A stretch of 64,000 bases of DNA, taken from assembly GCA_017483025.1 (NCBI GenBank), contig JAFUMA010000124.1:2486-66485 (forward strand). The letters run 5' to 3'. Made by a program: the position numbers and the translations under genes. How positions within the stretch are numbered: the first letter of the stretch is position 1; each line of letters opens with the position of its first letter. This document shows, one piece after another, positions 8,729 through 18,966 of the stretch. The stretch comes from Anaerotignum sp. (GTDB taxonomy: Bacteria > Bacillota > Clostridia > Lachnospirales > Anaerotignaceae). The notes beneath the pieces were generated by a model. That model did no database searches. It worked only from the letters and a program-made list of their open reading frames with translations, and had not been told where the DNA came from.

Positions 8729-9184
8729 ATGTCTGAAAAATTAGAAGTAGGCAGTATCGTAGAAGGTAAAGTTGTCCGCGTGAAACCCTTTGGTGCCATC
8801 GTTTCCCTTGGCAATGTACAGGGTCTGGTGCATATCTCTCAGGTAGCCAACAGCTTCGTTCAGGATATCAATGATCATGTAAAGGTTGGCGATATGGTAA
8901 AGGTAAAAATCCTTTCCATCGATGAAGAAAATCATAAAATCGCTCTTTCCATCAGAGATGCTCTGCCGAAAGAAGAACGTCGCCCCAAAAATGACAAACC
9001 CTTCAATAAACCCCGCAGACAGCATAGCGAACAGGGTTCCAGCAATCCCGCTCAGGAATATTTCCGTCCCCAGTCCTCCGTCAATGCTTCTTCCGATTTC
9101 GAAGAAAAGATGAAGGAATGGATGAAACAGGCGAACGACCGCCAGACCAGCCTGAATAAGAGAGCCAACAAACGCTCTTACTGA
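8729..9184 (+). CDS. S1 RNA-binding domain protein (YabR/GSP13-like)
   Basis: S1 fold motif VGSIVEGKVVRVKPFGAIVSL...GLVHISQV, followed by a basic, disordered C-terminus. Confidence 0.75.
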   Translation: MSEKLEVGSIVEGKVVRVKPFGAIVSLGNVQGLVHISQVANSFVQDINDHVKVGDMVKVKILSIDEENHKIALSIRDALPKEERRPKNDKPFNKPRRQHSEQGSSNPAQEYFRPQSSVNASSDFEEKMKEWMKQANDRQTSLNKRANKRSY

Positions 9185-9267
9185 TTCCTGCCACACAATT
9201 ATTTATTTTATCATGAAATAGGCTTGGGTGCAAGGTTTTGCCCCGCCCGAAAGGAGGAAAGAACGTC

Positions 9268-9564
9268 ATGAGTCTGCTGTTTCTCGCAGGTATTTATTTC
9301 TATGCCAGAGGCGTTTTTGCCCTCTTTGGTCAAACAACTTTTTATACCAAACGGAATCTGGAAAACATCACAGAGGAAATGCTCCCCGCTTACCTGAAAG
9401 AAATCGGTCGAATGCATATGGTAGTCGGCACTGTTTTCGTGGGGAAAGCCCTGTTAGACGTGCCCTTTCCCGGCAGCCGTCCCATCCTGTATGGCTGGTT
9501 ATTGCTGCTTTTGGTATGCGTATATTTCTTAAACAAAATCGATACAAAATATAAAAACCAATAA
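9268..9564 (+). CDS. Small membrane protein, unknown function
   Basis: AAAGGAGG RBS 8 nt upstream of the ATG. Two hydrophobic segments. Confidence 0.5.
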   Translation: MSLLFLAGIYFYARGVFALFGQTTFYTKRNLENITEEMLPAYLKEIGRMHMVVGTVFVGKALLDVPFPGSRPILYGWLLLLLVCVYFLNKIDTKYKNQ

Positions 9565-9640
9565 AAATGGAGCATATGGATCATCGGTCCATATGCTCTT
9601 TTTGCATCTATCCAAAAACGCTAAAAAGAATGGAGGTATC

Positions 9641-10828
9641 TCTATGCAAAAAACATTCAAAAAAATATTTGCTGCTCTTCTGACCTTCTCTTTGCTGTTT
9701 ACCGCTTCCTGCGGCAGCGCAGTAAAGATCGAAGAAGAACAGGCACTGACCACCACCGTGGCAGAGATCGAAAAATACGGCAATCTCGTCCTTTCCATTT
9801 CCGGCACGGAATTTATGGCCGAAGGCTATACCTACGGTGACATCATCACCGCCGAAATCAATGACAAATCCTACGACATGCCCGTGGGCTCCAGCTATTC
9901 CGATGTAGACGACGGCGACCCCATCTGCCGCATCAAGATCGATGAAGCAGAAGAAGCCGATCATGTCATCCTCGCCTTTAATATGGGCGACCTGGCTACA
10001 GACACAGGCATTGCCACAAAAACAGAAATCGAAGAAGAGCCCGGCTTTCGCTGGGATTACAATGAAGGCGTGGAAGAGCCTGCAGAAATCACCATTTCCA
10101 TGAAATCCCAGGGCGGCTATTATGAAGAATATGTCATGCATCATCTGGAACGCAGCAATGAAAGAGCCGACTATCCTCACCTGAGCGATGCAGAATTTGC
10201 CAACTTCCGCCCCATCACCACCACAGGCATGGGCGAAGGGAAGCTCTACCGTTCCTCTTCCCCTGTGAACCCCAAAATCGGCAGAAACAGCTACGCTGAC
10301 GCGGAAGTAAGAGCCGCAGGCATCAAAACCATCATCAATCTGGCAGACACTGCCGAAGGCATGAAGGCCTACGAGGGCTGGGCAGATACCTATTACTCCA
10401 CCTGCAATGTGATCGGTCTGAATCTGGGCATCGACCCCGATTCCGATGATTTCCGCCAGGGCTTTGCGGAAGGCATGCGTTTCCTTGCCGCTCAGAAGGA
10501 AGGTCCTTATCTGGTACACTGCACCGAAGGCAAAGACCGCGCAGGCTTCACCAGCGCCCTGCTGGAATGTCTGATGGGCGCTTCCGCCGAAGAAGTGGTT
10601 GCTGATTATATGACCACCTACTACAACTATTACGGCGTAGAAGCAGGCACCACCCAGTATGATGTCATTGCTTCCAGCAATATCGAAAAAACACTGGCGA
10701 CCGCCTTCGAAATCGAGGATATCCACGCAGAAAGCATCGACCTTTCTGTCGAAGCCACAGAATATATGACAGACCGCCTGGGTCTGACAGCGGATGAAGT
10801 GGCAGCCATCAAAGCAAATCTTTCCTGA
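9641..10828 (+). CDS. Lipoprotein with a C-terminal protein-tyrosine-phosphatase-like domain
   Basis: Signal peptide with lipobox (LFTASC). CX5R active-site motif HCTEGKDRAG. GGAGG RBS. Confidence 0.65.
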   Translation, partial: SMQKTFKKIFAALLTFSLLFTASCGSAVKIEEEQALTTTVAEIEKYGNLVLSISGTEFMAEGYTYGDIITAEINDKSYDMPVGSSYSDVDDGDPICRIKIDEAEEADHVILAFNMGDLATDTGIATKTEIEEEPGFRWDYNEGVEEPAEITISMKSQGGYYEEYVMHHLERSNERADYPHLSDAEFANFRPITTTGMGEGKLYRSSSPVNPKIGRNSYADAEVRAAGIKTIINLADTAEGMKAYEGWADTYYSTCNVIGLNLGIDPDSDDFRQGFAEGMRFLAAQKEGPYLVHCTEGKDRAGFTSALLECLMGASAEEVVADYMTTYYNYYGVEAGTTQYDVIASSNIEKTLATAFEIEDIHAESIDLSVEATEYMTDRLGLTADEVAAIKANLS

Positions 10829-10840
10829 GCAAACAAAAAA

Positions 10841-10869
10841 CCCTCTCCGATTGGAGAGGGTAATTTTTT
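10841..10869. terminator. Bidirectional intrinsic terminator between convergent genes
   Basis: CCCTCTCC-gatt-GGAGAGGG flanked by an A-run and a T-run. Confidence 0.75.
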
Positions 10870-10879
10870 GCTTTTAAAA

Positions 10880-11560
10880 TCAGCCGTTGATGATCTTTGT
10901 CAGTGTTACGGGATCAACATATTTGCCGTCTTTGTAAACACGCATGTTGCCGGATGCGATTTCGTCGATCAGGATAACTTCATCATTGTTGAAACCGAAT
11001 TCATATTTGATATCGTACAGTTCCAGACCCAGTTTTGCCAGTTCAGCAGCAACGATCTTTGTGATCGCCAGTGTCTGTTCTTTCATGCTGTCATACATTT
11101 CAGCGCTCATGATGCCCAGAACTACCAGACCGTCTTTTGTTACCAGGGGATCGCCCAGTGCGTCATTTTTGAATGTTGTTTCAACATAGCCGCCTTCGAT
11201 GGGTGTGCCATCTTCGATATACTGGCCATAACGACGGATGAAGCTGCCTGTTGCTTTCAGTCTGCAGATAACTTCCAGGCCTTTGCCGAATACTGTTGCA
11301 GGCAGAACTTCCATTGTAGCATTATCTAAATCAGCGGAAACATAATGTGTTTTGATACCAGCTTCTTTCAGGATCTCGAAGAATTTGATGGATGTTTCCA
11401 GGTTTGCTTTACCGATGCCTTCGATTGTCAGGCCAACAGAGTTTTCACCGGGATCGAATACGCCGTCTTTACCTGTGCAGTCGTCTTTAAATTTCAGCAG
11501 CACATTGCCGTTTTCCAGTTTATAAACGTCTTTTGTCTTGCCCTGATAGATTTTTTCCAT
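10880..11560 (-). CDS. purC: SAICAR synthetase
   Basis: 226 aa, GKTKDVY...LKFKDD... Typical short-form PurC. Confidence 0.9.
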   Translation of the reverse strand: MEKIYQGKTKDVYKLENGNVLLKFKDDCTGKDGVFDPGENSVGLTIEGIGKANLETSIKFFEILKEAGIKTHYVSADLDNATMEVLPATVFGKGLEVICRLKATGSFIRRYGQYIEDGTPIEGGYVETTFKNDALGDPLVTKDGLVVLGIMSAEMYDSMKEQTLAITKIVAAELAKLGLELYDIKYEFGFNNDEVILIDEIASGNMRVYKDGKYVDPVTLTKIING

Positions 11561-11841
11561 TTTGTTTCCGTCCTTTCATATTCTAAAAAAACACGATTTT
11601 TAGAGGGCTCATTTGCCCTAACATATTTACTGTACTGCAAAATTTCTCTATGTTCAAGCTTTTTTTAACCCTGAAGAAAAATCTTGTCAAATTCAGCAGA
11701 TGATGGGTTTTCAGAAAAAAAAATTTTACAAACTGAAATTTTAAAAACGTCATTTATGCCAAAAAAACCATCAAATGAGGGCCTTTTTTTGTCGAATTCC
11801 AACTATATTATTTTTTCAATTTTTGCCATAAAAAAGGCTTA

Positions 11842-12174
11842 TTACAGGCTCTTTGCGTCGCCCCAGACATGGTCCAGACCATAGAAATCTCTTTCTTCTC
11901 TGTTGAAGAGATGGATCAGCAGATTGCCGAAATCCAGCAAAATCCATGTGCCGCCGCTGTAGCCTTCGCTATGGTGCAGTTTAATGCCTTCCTTAAACAG
12001 CTTCTGTTCCACTTCATCAGCCATGGCGCGCAGCTGGTTCACGTTTTTACCGCTGGCGATGACGAAACAATCGGCGATATTGGACAGACCTCTCAGATCC
12101 AGCACTTTGATATCTTCACCCAGTTTATCTTCCAAAGCAGCCTGCGCCACTTTTGCAGCTTCCAATGCGTTCAT
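11842..12174 (-). CDS. rsfS: Ribosome silencing factor
   Basis: 110 aa. DIKVLDL...ADCFVIASG...WILLDFGNLLIHLF is an RsfS/Iojap signature. Confidence 0.9.
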   Translation of the reverse strand: MNALEAAKVAQAALEDKLGEDIKVLDLRGLSNIADCFVIASGKNVNQLRAMADEVEQKLFKEGIKLHHSEGYSGGTWILLDFGNLLIHLFNREERDFYGLDHVWGDAKSL

Positions 12175-12189
12175 TCTTTTTCCTCCTTC

Positions 12190-13422
12190 TCAACGATTTT
12201 TATAATATTCCAGCGCTTCCAGAGACAGGGGATGCAGCAGTCTGCCCCTTGCCTTCACGTAAGAGATGGTGTTTTCCAGGATATATTCCATTGCCTGATC
12301 CAGATCCAGATAAGCCAGACGTCTTGCTTCATCCAGCCCCGCAAATTTTTCGCGGTTGGGCTCGATATAATCGGCAATGAATACGATTTTTTCCAGCAGG
12401 GACATGCCCGCACGCCCTGTGGTATGGAAACGGATGGCATTCAGGATATCTTCATCCATCACCTGATATTCCCTCTTGGCAACCTCCGCGCCCAGGAAAG
12501 GATGGATCAGATCCGTCTGCTTCTGCATAATCTCGTCCGTTTTCACTTTATATTCCTTACAGAAACGCAGTCGCATGTTTTCGGGATAATCCTTGGCACA
12601 ATCATGCAGCAGGCCGGCAACTCTTGCCTTCTGCTGATCTGCAGATGTACCATAAATTTCCGCCAGCTTCACCGCTTCATCCGCCACGCCCATGGTATGG
12701 ATATAGCGTTTTACGGAAATGGCAGACTGCAGTTTTTCCTGCATTGTTTCAATAGGCAGCATAAATTTCACCTCATCTTTTGCATCATCCTGATACAGCC
12801 CAAATTTATGGATATAATCCTCTACCTCCTGGGGAAGCAGATACTTGATGGGCTCGCCCTTCCGGGCTCTTTCGCGGATATCGGAGGAAGAGATAGCCAA
12901 AGCAGGCACTTCCATATAGTGGATACGTGTGGAAAATTTTTCTCTGATCTCACCGATATCTTCAAACAATTTATTTCTATCGTAACCGGGTCTTGTTACC
13001 GCCACGAAGTCGCACAGGCTCAGCAGACGTTCCGGTTCTTTCCAGGTCATGATCTGATGGATGGCATCGGCACCAGTGATGAAATACAGGCGCACATCGG
13101 GTCTGCACATTTTTTTCAGGGCTTCGATGGTATCAATGGTATAAGTCACGCCGGGGCGGTCGATCTCGATACGGGAAACTTCAAAATTCTCATTTCTCAT
13201 AGTCGCCAGCACCGTCATCAGGTAACGATGTTCGTTATGGGTCACCTTTTTATTGGTCTTATGGGCAGGCTGGCCTGCGGGCATAAAGATCACGCGTTCA
13301 ACCTTGAATCTGTGCCGCACCGCTTCCGCTGTCACCAGGTGGCCATTATGGATCGGGTCAAAGGTGCCGCCCATGATGGCGATACTTTTGCAATCCTTAA
13401 AATTTGCGATTTCATTTCTCAT
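12190..13422 (-). CDS. nadD: Fused nicotinate-nucleotide adenylyltransferase (NadD) and YqeK-type HD phosphohydrolase
   Basis: N-terminal half has [11 protein letters not shown] (the nucleotidyltransferase HxGH motif). C-terminal half has RYIHTMGV...LLHDCAK (HD domain, YqeK-like). One uninterrupted 410-aa ORF. Confidence 0.85.
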   Translation of the reverse strand: MRNEIANFKDCKSIAIMGGTFDPIHNGHLVTAEAVRHRFKVERVIFMPAGQPAHKTNKKVTHNEHRYLMTVLATMRNENFEVSRIEIDRPGVTYTIDTIEALKKMCRPDVRLYFITGADAIHQIMTWKEPERLLSLCDFVAVTRPGYDRNKLFEDIGEIREKFSTRIHYMEVPALAISSSDIRERARKGEPIKYLLPQEVEDYIHKFGLYQDDAKDEVKFMLPIETMQEKLQSAISVKRYIHTMGVADEAVKLAEIYGTSADQQKARVAGLLHDCAKDYPENMRLRFCKEYKVKTDEIMQKQTDLIHPFLGAEVAKREYQVMDEDILNAIRFHTTGRAGMSLLEKIVFIADYIEPNREKFAGLDEARRLAYLDLDQAMEYILENTISYVKARGRLLHPLSLEALEYYKNR

Positions 13423-14539
13423 TTTCGTTCCTTCTTTCCCAATTGCCTAATTTCGGCAGGGTATACTCTTCAACGGTTTTTCTTGCCGCCTGTATCAGCA
13501 GCTTCAAAGAATCCCCAATGAGCTTCTTCGTTTCCACATCCTCATCGCCCCAGGCCCGCAATGCCTGCAAAGCGCCTTTCGGAGAGATCTGTATTTCCCC
13601 AAATTCATCCATGGGCAGGATGGAAATGCCCTCATAAACGGTATCCACAAATTTTTCCCGCTGTTCCTCTGGCAGGCCGTTCAGCCATGCTTTCACCGTT
13701 TTATCCAGCAGACGGCTTTCTTCCGAAAGTGCCTCCAGCCGCACAAAATCCTTCCCGATGATCTTCCAGGAATAAGGATCATGCTGCATGATACCCTTCT
13801 GGCTGCTTTGGATGACGGTATATTCTTCCTCATGCTCCAGCAGCATACCGATGACAGAAGACCGGGGCACAAAGGTCTGCACGCGGGGCAAAATGGCACG
13901 ATATCCTTCCCTTTGCAGCATCCCTTCCCGAAAACCAGGGCCATCATGGTTATAGACTGCCACGATGCGTTCCTGCACATCCTTCGGGCACATCGCCGCC
14001 GCAAAAACCGCCAGATTGCCACCCTTGGAATGGCCGCCTACCCGCAGCTTTCCGCCGAAATGCTCCGCCGCCTGGCAAAGATAGATGCCAGCATCCTGCT
14101 GGGCAGGAACCGTATCCATAAAGCTCATGTTAAAATCCTCTTTCCAACCCACGGAAGAGGAATCTGTTCCGCGATAGGCCACGAAAGCCATATCGTCCCC
14201 TGTCTGAATCGTCAGAGCAGAAAACTGCTTCTCTGCCGCAAAATCCAGCCTGTTCACATAGCCGCATAATTCCATTTTGGAAAAGCGCTCGCTTTCCGCC
14301 AGATAAGCCAGCAGCTCCAGATCCTGCTCCACTCTGGATCTCCAGGCTGTCTGGGGGCGGGCAAAATATAATTCCGATGCCTGGGCAATGGTAATGGTCT
14401 CTTCCCTGCTTTCCGGCACGATACCATCAAAAAATACATATGCCAATGTGGATAAAATCAAAGAATCCACATCCTGAAAGGGAGACTGAGACAATGTCAG
14501 GTCTCCCCGCCAAGTCAGATAGTCAAACATATTTGCCAT
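13412..14539 (-). CDS. DUF2974/Mbeg1-like alpha/beta-hydrolase
   Basis: N-terminus [11 protein letters not shown]...SLILSTLAY and a nucleophile-elbow motif GHSKGGNLA. Overlaps the nadD start by 11 nt. Confidence 0.7.
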   Translation of the reverse strand: MANMFDYLTWRGDLTLSQSPFQDVDSLILSTLAYVFFDGIVPESREETITIAQASELYFARPQTAWRSRVEQDLELLAYLAESERFSKMELCGYVNRLDFAAEKQFSALTIQTGDDMAFVAYRGTDSSSVGWKEDFNMSFMDTVPAQQDAGIYLCQAAEHFGGKLRVGGHSKGGNLAVFAAAMCPKDVQERIVAVYNHDGPGFREGMLQREGYRAILPRVQTFVPRSSVIGMLLEHEEEYTVIQSSQKGIMQHDPYSWKIIGKDFVRLEALSEESRLLDKTVKAWLNGLPEEQREKFVDTVYEGISILPMDEFGEIQISPKGALQALRAWGDEDVETKKLIGDSLKLLIQAARKTVEEYTLPKLGNWERRNENEK

Positions 14540-14564
14540 AGTCTCCCCCTCTTTTCTGCTTTTA

Positions 14565-14864
14565 TTACTTCTTTGCGGGAGGCAGTTCGATCACGGGTTT
14601 CTTTGCAGCTTTATACAGCACGAATTTGTTGCCGATGACCTGAACCACTTCGGCGCCTGTTCTGCTTGCCAGCATTTCAGCCGCTTCTCTTGCGCCCAGC
14701 ATGTTGTTATCCAGCACGCTGATCTTTACCAGTTCTCTTGCTTCCAGTGCATTGAACACTGTGTCTCTCAGTTCAGGTGTTACGCCGTTTTTGCCCACCT
14801 GAAAAATTGCATCGATGCCATTTGCCATTCCGCGCAGGAATGCTCTCTGTTTGCTTGTTAACAT
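14565..14864 (-). CDS. yhbY: YhbY/CRM-domain RNA-binding protein
   Basis: LTSKQRAFLRGMAN...IFQVGKNGVT. Start taken at MLTSKQ, which has a GGAG RBS. Confidence 0.8.
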   Translation of the reverse strand: MLTSKQRAFLRGMANGIDAIFQVGKNGVTPELRDTVFNALEARELVKISVLDNNMLGAREAAEMLASRTGAEVVQVIGNKFVLYKAAKKPVIELPPAKK

Positions 14865-15073
14865 AATATTCTCCTTCTGTACAGTCTTTCTCAATATAAT
14901 CTTTCCTATCATAGCACAGAAATCCCCCATTTGCAACGAAAACAGGGAAAATCCCCCTCTGCCATGTTTCTGTAAATTCCTTCCACCTTCTTATAAAAAA
15001 GAGTTGTTCCGTTTTTTTAAAAGTGATAAAATATCATTAAGCATATTTTACCGAAGACAAGGGGGAGGCATTT

Positions 15074-15625
15074 ATGGAAATTTTAATCGGCGGAAAATTA
15101 AAACAATTACGAACAGAAAAAAAATTGAGCATTGCCGAACTTTCCAGGCTCTCCGATGTCAGCACAGGCCTCATCAGCCAGATTGAACGAGATCTGGTCG
15201 TTCCTTCCGTCACCAGCTTATGGCGACTGGCAAAGGCGCTGGATACCAATATCAACTATTTCTTCCACGAAGAACCCCAGGAAGAGCATTTCATCACCCG
15301 TAAAGGGGAACATCGTACCATCGTCATGCATAACGACAGCAGTTATTATAAACTGCTTCATGCCAATAAGGATGACCGCTCTCTGGATATGATGGTCATT
15401 ACCCTGAAAAGTGGCTATACATACGATCGTAAGCAGATCACCCATGAGGGGGAAGAATGTGGCTATGTGCTGAAAGGCACTCTGACCCTGCTGCTGAACG
15501 GCAAGGACTATATCCTGAACGAAGGAGACAGTATCTATTTTGACAGTACCCTGCCCCATAAATACATCAACAATGGTGAGGAAGACTGTGTCTCCATCTG
15601 GGCTATGACGCCAAAATTTTTCTGA
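15074..15625 (+). CDS. XRE-family HTH regulator with a C-terminal cupin domain
   Basis: HTH_3 motif (LKQLRTEKKLSIAELSRLSDVSTGLISQIERD) plus a cupin domain (GEECGYVLKG...GDSIYFDSTLPHKYIN). Confidence 0.8.
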   Translation: MEILIGGKLKQLRTEKKLSIAELSRLSDVSTGLISQIERDLVVPSVTSLWRLAKALDTNINYFFHEEPQEEHFITRKGEHRTIVMHNDSSYYKLLHANKDDRSLDMMVITLKSGYTYDRKQITHEGEECGYVLKGTLTLLLNGKDYILNEGDSIYFDSTLPHKYINNGEEDCVSIWAMTPKFF

Positions 15626-15635
15626 TATAAAAGCA

Positions 15636-15664
15636 AAGACCTCCGAAATTCGGAGGTCTTTTTT
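15636..15664. terminator. Bidirectional intrinsic terminator
   Basis: AAGACCTCCG-aaatt-CGGAGGTCTT followed by a T-run. Confidence 0.8.
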
Positions 15665-15680
15665 ATGTCTTTTTCGATGC

Positions 15681-16652
15681 TTAGCCCATCACTCTCTGAA
15701 TCAGGTTCAGCCAGTTGCCGCCGCTTACCATTTCCAGATCTTTATCTGTAAAGCCTGCTTTTTTCATCTTTTCGATCAGTACAGGAACTTTGGAGCAGTC
15801 TTCCAGTCCTTTCAGCAGGGAATCATCCTGGTCGCTGTAGCTCTTCATGAAGTCTGTGTTCAGGAATTCGAAGAAGTCAAAGCCGAAGCCCAGATGTTCC
15901 ACACCGATCTTATCTGCGATGTAGGAAGCGTGTCTTACCAGACCGTCTACAGTCTGTTCTTCTCTGATATCGCTGACAAAATCATTGAAAGCATTCAGAC
16001 CAACCAGACCCTTTGTATCTCTGATTGCCAGCAGCTGATCGTCTGTCAGGTTTCTCGCTGCGCTTGCCAGTGCCTTCGCATTGGAATGAGAAGCCAGGAT
16101 AGGGCCATTAGAAACATCCATCACATCCCAGAAGGATTTTTCGTTGATATGGGAAACGTCCAGGATCATTTTCTTATCCTGAATTTTTTTGATAGCCTGT
16201 TTACCCAGTTCTGTTACGCCTCTGTCGGGGTTGCCCTTTACGCCTGTTGCCAGTGCGTTTTCTTCGTTCCATGTCAGCATGGCATGGCGTACGCCCAGAT
16301 CATACAGTTCGTCGATCTTGCTCAGGTCTTCGCCGATACCAGCCAGACCTTCGATACCCAGCAGTACAGCAAATTTGCCTGCTGCTTCTGCCGCTTTGAT
16401 TTCTGCTGTATTATGTACCAGAACGAAATCCTGTGTTTCTGCCATTTCTTCTTTCAGGCCTTTGATGATAGCAGCCATTTCATCCATGGGATCCAGGCCA
16501 TTGAATGTATCTGCCCAGATTACGAAGCATGCGCCGCCGATGCCGCCCTTCTGCAGTCTTTCCAGATGACGGTTTTTCAGAACCTGTGTTTCGCCCGCTT
16601 CTCTTTTATATCTAACGTCACTGAAAATATCGCTATGTCCGTCAAAAATCAT
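15681..16652 (-). CDS. Membrane-dipeptidase family (peptidase M19) protein, copy 1
   Basis: MIFDGHSD..., VRHAMLTWNEEN, DVSH, ASHSN. These are M19 renal-dipeptidase family motifs. Confidence 0.85.
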   Translation of the reverse strand: MIFDGHSDIFSDVRYKREAGETQVLKNRHLERLQKGGIGGACFVIWADTFNGLDPMDEMAAIIKGLKEEMAETQDFVLVHNTAEIKAAEAAGKFAVLLGIEGLAGIGEDLSKIDELYDLGVRHAMLTWNEENALATGVKGNPDRGVTELGKQAIKKIQDKKMILDVSHINEKSFWDVMDVSNGPILASHSNAKALASAARNLTDDQLLAIRDTKGLVGLNAFNDFVSDIREEQTVDGLVRHASYIADKIGVEHLGFGFDFFEFLNTDFMKSYSDQDDSLLKGLEDCSKVPVLIEKMKKAGFTDKDLEMVSGGNWLNLIQRVMG

Positions 16653-16734
16653 ACTTATCCCTCTTTCCTCTTTCGTGTCAAAAAAAGCCGGAAAACAAAA
16701 TTGTTCTCCGGCTTTTGGATTTTGAAGTTATTGC

Positions 16735-17706
16735 TTAGCCAACGACTCTCTTGATCAGATCAAACCAGTTGCCTGTGCAGATCATTTCCAGTTCTTTGTC
16801 GCTGAAGCCGGCTTCTTTCATTTTTTCGATCATGAAAGGAACATGAGATGCGTCTTCCAGACCTTTTGTAAATGTGTTTTCCTGATCGGAAAAAGCACCA
16901 GCAGCTTCATCATCCAGGAATTCACAGAAGTCAAAGCCCAATGCCAGATGTTCTACACCGATCTTGTTTGCGATGTAGTCAGCGTGTCTGATCAGGCCTT
17001 CTACTGTCTGTTCTTCGATTCTATTTGCTACCAGTTCATTGAAGGAATTCAGACCAATGATACCATTTGTATCTCTGATTTCCAAGAGCTGGCAGTCTGT
17101 CAGGTTTCTGGTATGGTTTTTCAGCGCCCATACGTTGGAATGGGAAGCCATCAGAGGGCCGCCGCCGATTTTTGCCATATCCCAGAAAGTACGTTCATTT
17201 GTGTGAGAAACGTCAACGATCATATGCTTATCATGCAGTTTGCGAACTGCTCTTCTGCCCAGTGCAGTCAGACCTCTGTTGGGGTCAGCTTTTGCGCCTG
17301 TTGCCAGATCGTTCTGTTCATTCCATGTCAGCATAGCATGACGTACGCCAAAATCGTACAACTCATCGATCTTATCCAGATCTGTGCCGATACCGGAAAG
17401 ACCTTCCATACCGGGCAGGATATAGAATTTACCTGCTTTTTTCGCTTCTTCGATTTCTTTGTAATTTGTTACGATAACAGCTTCTTCACATTCAGCCATT
17501 TCGTCCTTGATGCACTGCATCAGTTCACCCAATCTCTTGGGAGGATTTGCATCGTGAGGAGGATCGATCCACAGAACGAAGCAGCTGCCTTCGATGTTGC
17601 CCTTTCTCAGACGAGGCAGGTGATGATTTTTCAGTACCTGTGTTTCGCCTTTCAGTCTACGAACGGTCACGTCCGTAAAAATATCACTATGTCCGTCAAA
17701 AATCAT
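16735..17706 (-). CDS. Peptidase M19 dipeptidase, copy 2 (tandem paralogue)
   Basis: About 60% identical to copy 1 by eye alignment. Start taken at MIFDGHSD; an alternative start lies 21 nt upstream at 17727. Confidence 0.85.
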   Translation of the reverse strand: MIFDGHSDIFTDVTVRRLKGETQVLKNHHLPRLRKGNIEGSCFVLWIDPPHDANPPKRLGELMQCIKDEMAECEEAVIVTNYKEIEEAKKAGKFYILPGMEGLSGIGTDLDKIDELYDFGVRHAMLTWNEQNDLATGAKADPNRGLTALGRRAVRKLHDKHMIVDVSHTNERTFWDMAKIGGGPLMASHSNVWALKNHTRNLTDCQLLEIRDTNGIIGLNSFNELVANRIEEQTVEGLIRHADYIANKIGVEHLALGFDFCEFLDDEAAGAFSDQENTFTKGLEDASHVPFMIEKMKEAGFSDKELEMICTGNWFDLIKRVVG

Positions 17707-17751
17707 GTTGCTTGCCTTCTTTCTCATTCAGTCCTGTTGTTCAGCATATGC

Positions 17752-18966
17752 TTATGCGCCCAGGAACTGACCTACGAATGTACCGAAATATGTACCGATT
17801 ACATAGCCCAGTGTACCAACCAGCATGATGGGGCCAATCAGTTTTACCCAGCCTTTGGAGATAGCCAGGGCTGCAGCTGTTGTGGGGCCGCCGATGTTTG
17901 CGTTAGAAGCCAGGATGATGTCTTCCAGGTCGAATTTAAACAGTTTACCGAATACAAAGCAGAACAGCATGTTAACGAATACCATGATTGCACAGAATAC
18001 CAGCAGCAGGGGAGCATTCAGGAAGATCGCTTTGATGGAAGCGGGTGCACCTACTACGAAGAAGAACAGATAGATCAGGTATGTACCGATTTCCTGAGAA
18101 CCGCCCAGGTTTTCCAGAGGTTTGGAGAATGCTGTTGCGATGATCATTGTGATTGTTGTCAGAACCAAGTATTTGTTACCCAGCATACCATTCAGCAGAG
18201 CCAGAACGGGGTTGCTTGTAGGGATCACAGCAGCCAGAACAGCAGCGATTTCTGTGGAAACCCAAACGATGATAACGGAGATTGCGATGTTGATAGCGAT
18301 ATCCTGCAGGGAGATGGGTTTTTTGCCCCAGTATGCAGCAGCCTGTGTTTTTGCTTCTTCATCCACGCCTCTTGCGTTTACTTCGTCAATGTGAGGATGT
18401 GTGAATTTGTTGTAGAAGAATTTGATGCTGGGGATCATGATCAGTACGAAGAAGTACAGAGTCATCAGCAGGTTATCAGCTACTACTGCAGCAGATACTG
18501 TTTCGCCAGGAACTTCGAATGCACTGGACAGAGCAGCAAAGTTTACTGTACCGCCAATGTAGGAACCTGTCATCATCGCAGCTACGCCAGCCAGGTTTTC
18601 AACGTGGTCGCCCAGCAGCGCGAAGCCCAGCAGCGCGCCTACGGTTGTACCAATGGAGCCGAACAGGAAAACGATCAGGATCTTGCCGGCTTCTCTACCG
18701 ATTTTACGGATGTCGCAAGTCAGCAGCAGCAGAGGGATAGCCATAGGAACTACGAAGCCCCATACGATATCATCGAACCATACACAGTTTGTAGGGATGA
18801 TACCCAGGTTTGTCAGGATCAGAGCGCCCAGCAGCGCAACGATCGCACCGGAAATTTTAGATGCCCATGCCCATGTCTGTTCTGCATAGATAGAGAATGC
18901 AGCCCAGCCACATGTGATAGCCATCAGTGCCCATGTGTTGTCAGCACTAATCAGTGGTGTACTCAT
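17752..18966 (-). CDS. DUF819-family polytopic membrane protein (putative transporter)
   Basis: 404 aa with about 10-12 TM segments. The DUF819 assignment is recalled, not verified. Confidence 0.65.
   Translation of the reverse strand: MSTPLISADNTWALMAITCGWAAFSIYAEQTWAWASKISGAIVALLGALILTNLGIIPTNCVWFDDIVWGFVVPMAIPLLLLTCDIRKIGREAGKILIVFLFGSIGTTVGALLGFALLGDHVENLAGVAAMMTGSYIGGTVNFAALSSAFEVPGETVSAAVVADNLLMTLYFFVLIMIPSIKFFYNKFTHPHIDEVNARGVDEEAKTQAAAYWGKKPISLQDIAINIAISVIIVWVSTEIAAVLAAVIPTSNPVLALLNGMLGNKYLVLTTITMIIATAFSKPLENLGGSQEIGTYLIYLFFFVVGAPASIKAIFLNAPLLLVFCAIMVFVNMLFCFVFGKLFKFDLEDIILASNANIGGPTTAAALAISKGWVKLIGPIMLVGTLGYVIGTYFGTFVGQFLGA

Noticed and set aside
11561-11841. The 280-nt region upstream of purC was checked for a purine riboswitch.
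   Set aside because: I could not find the conserved purine-riboswitch core (the ...UAUAAU...GGAUAUGG...CUACC... pattern). Only a weak hairpin and A/T runs are present, which is not enough for a call.
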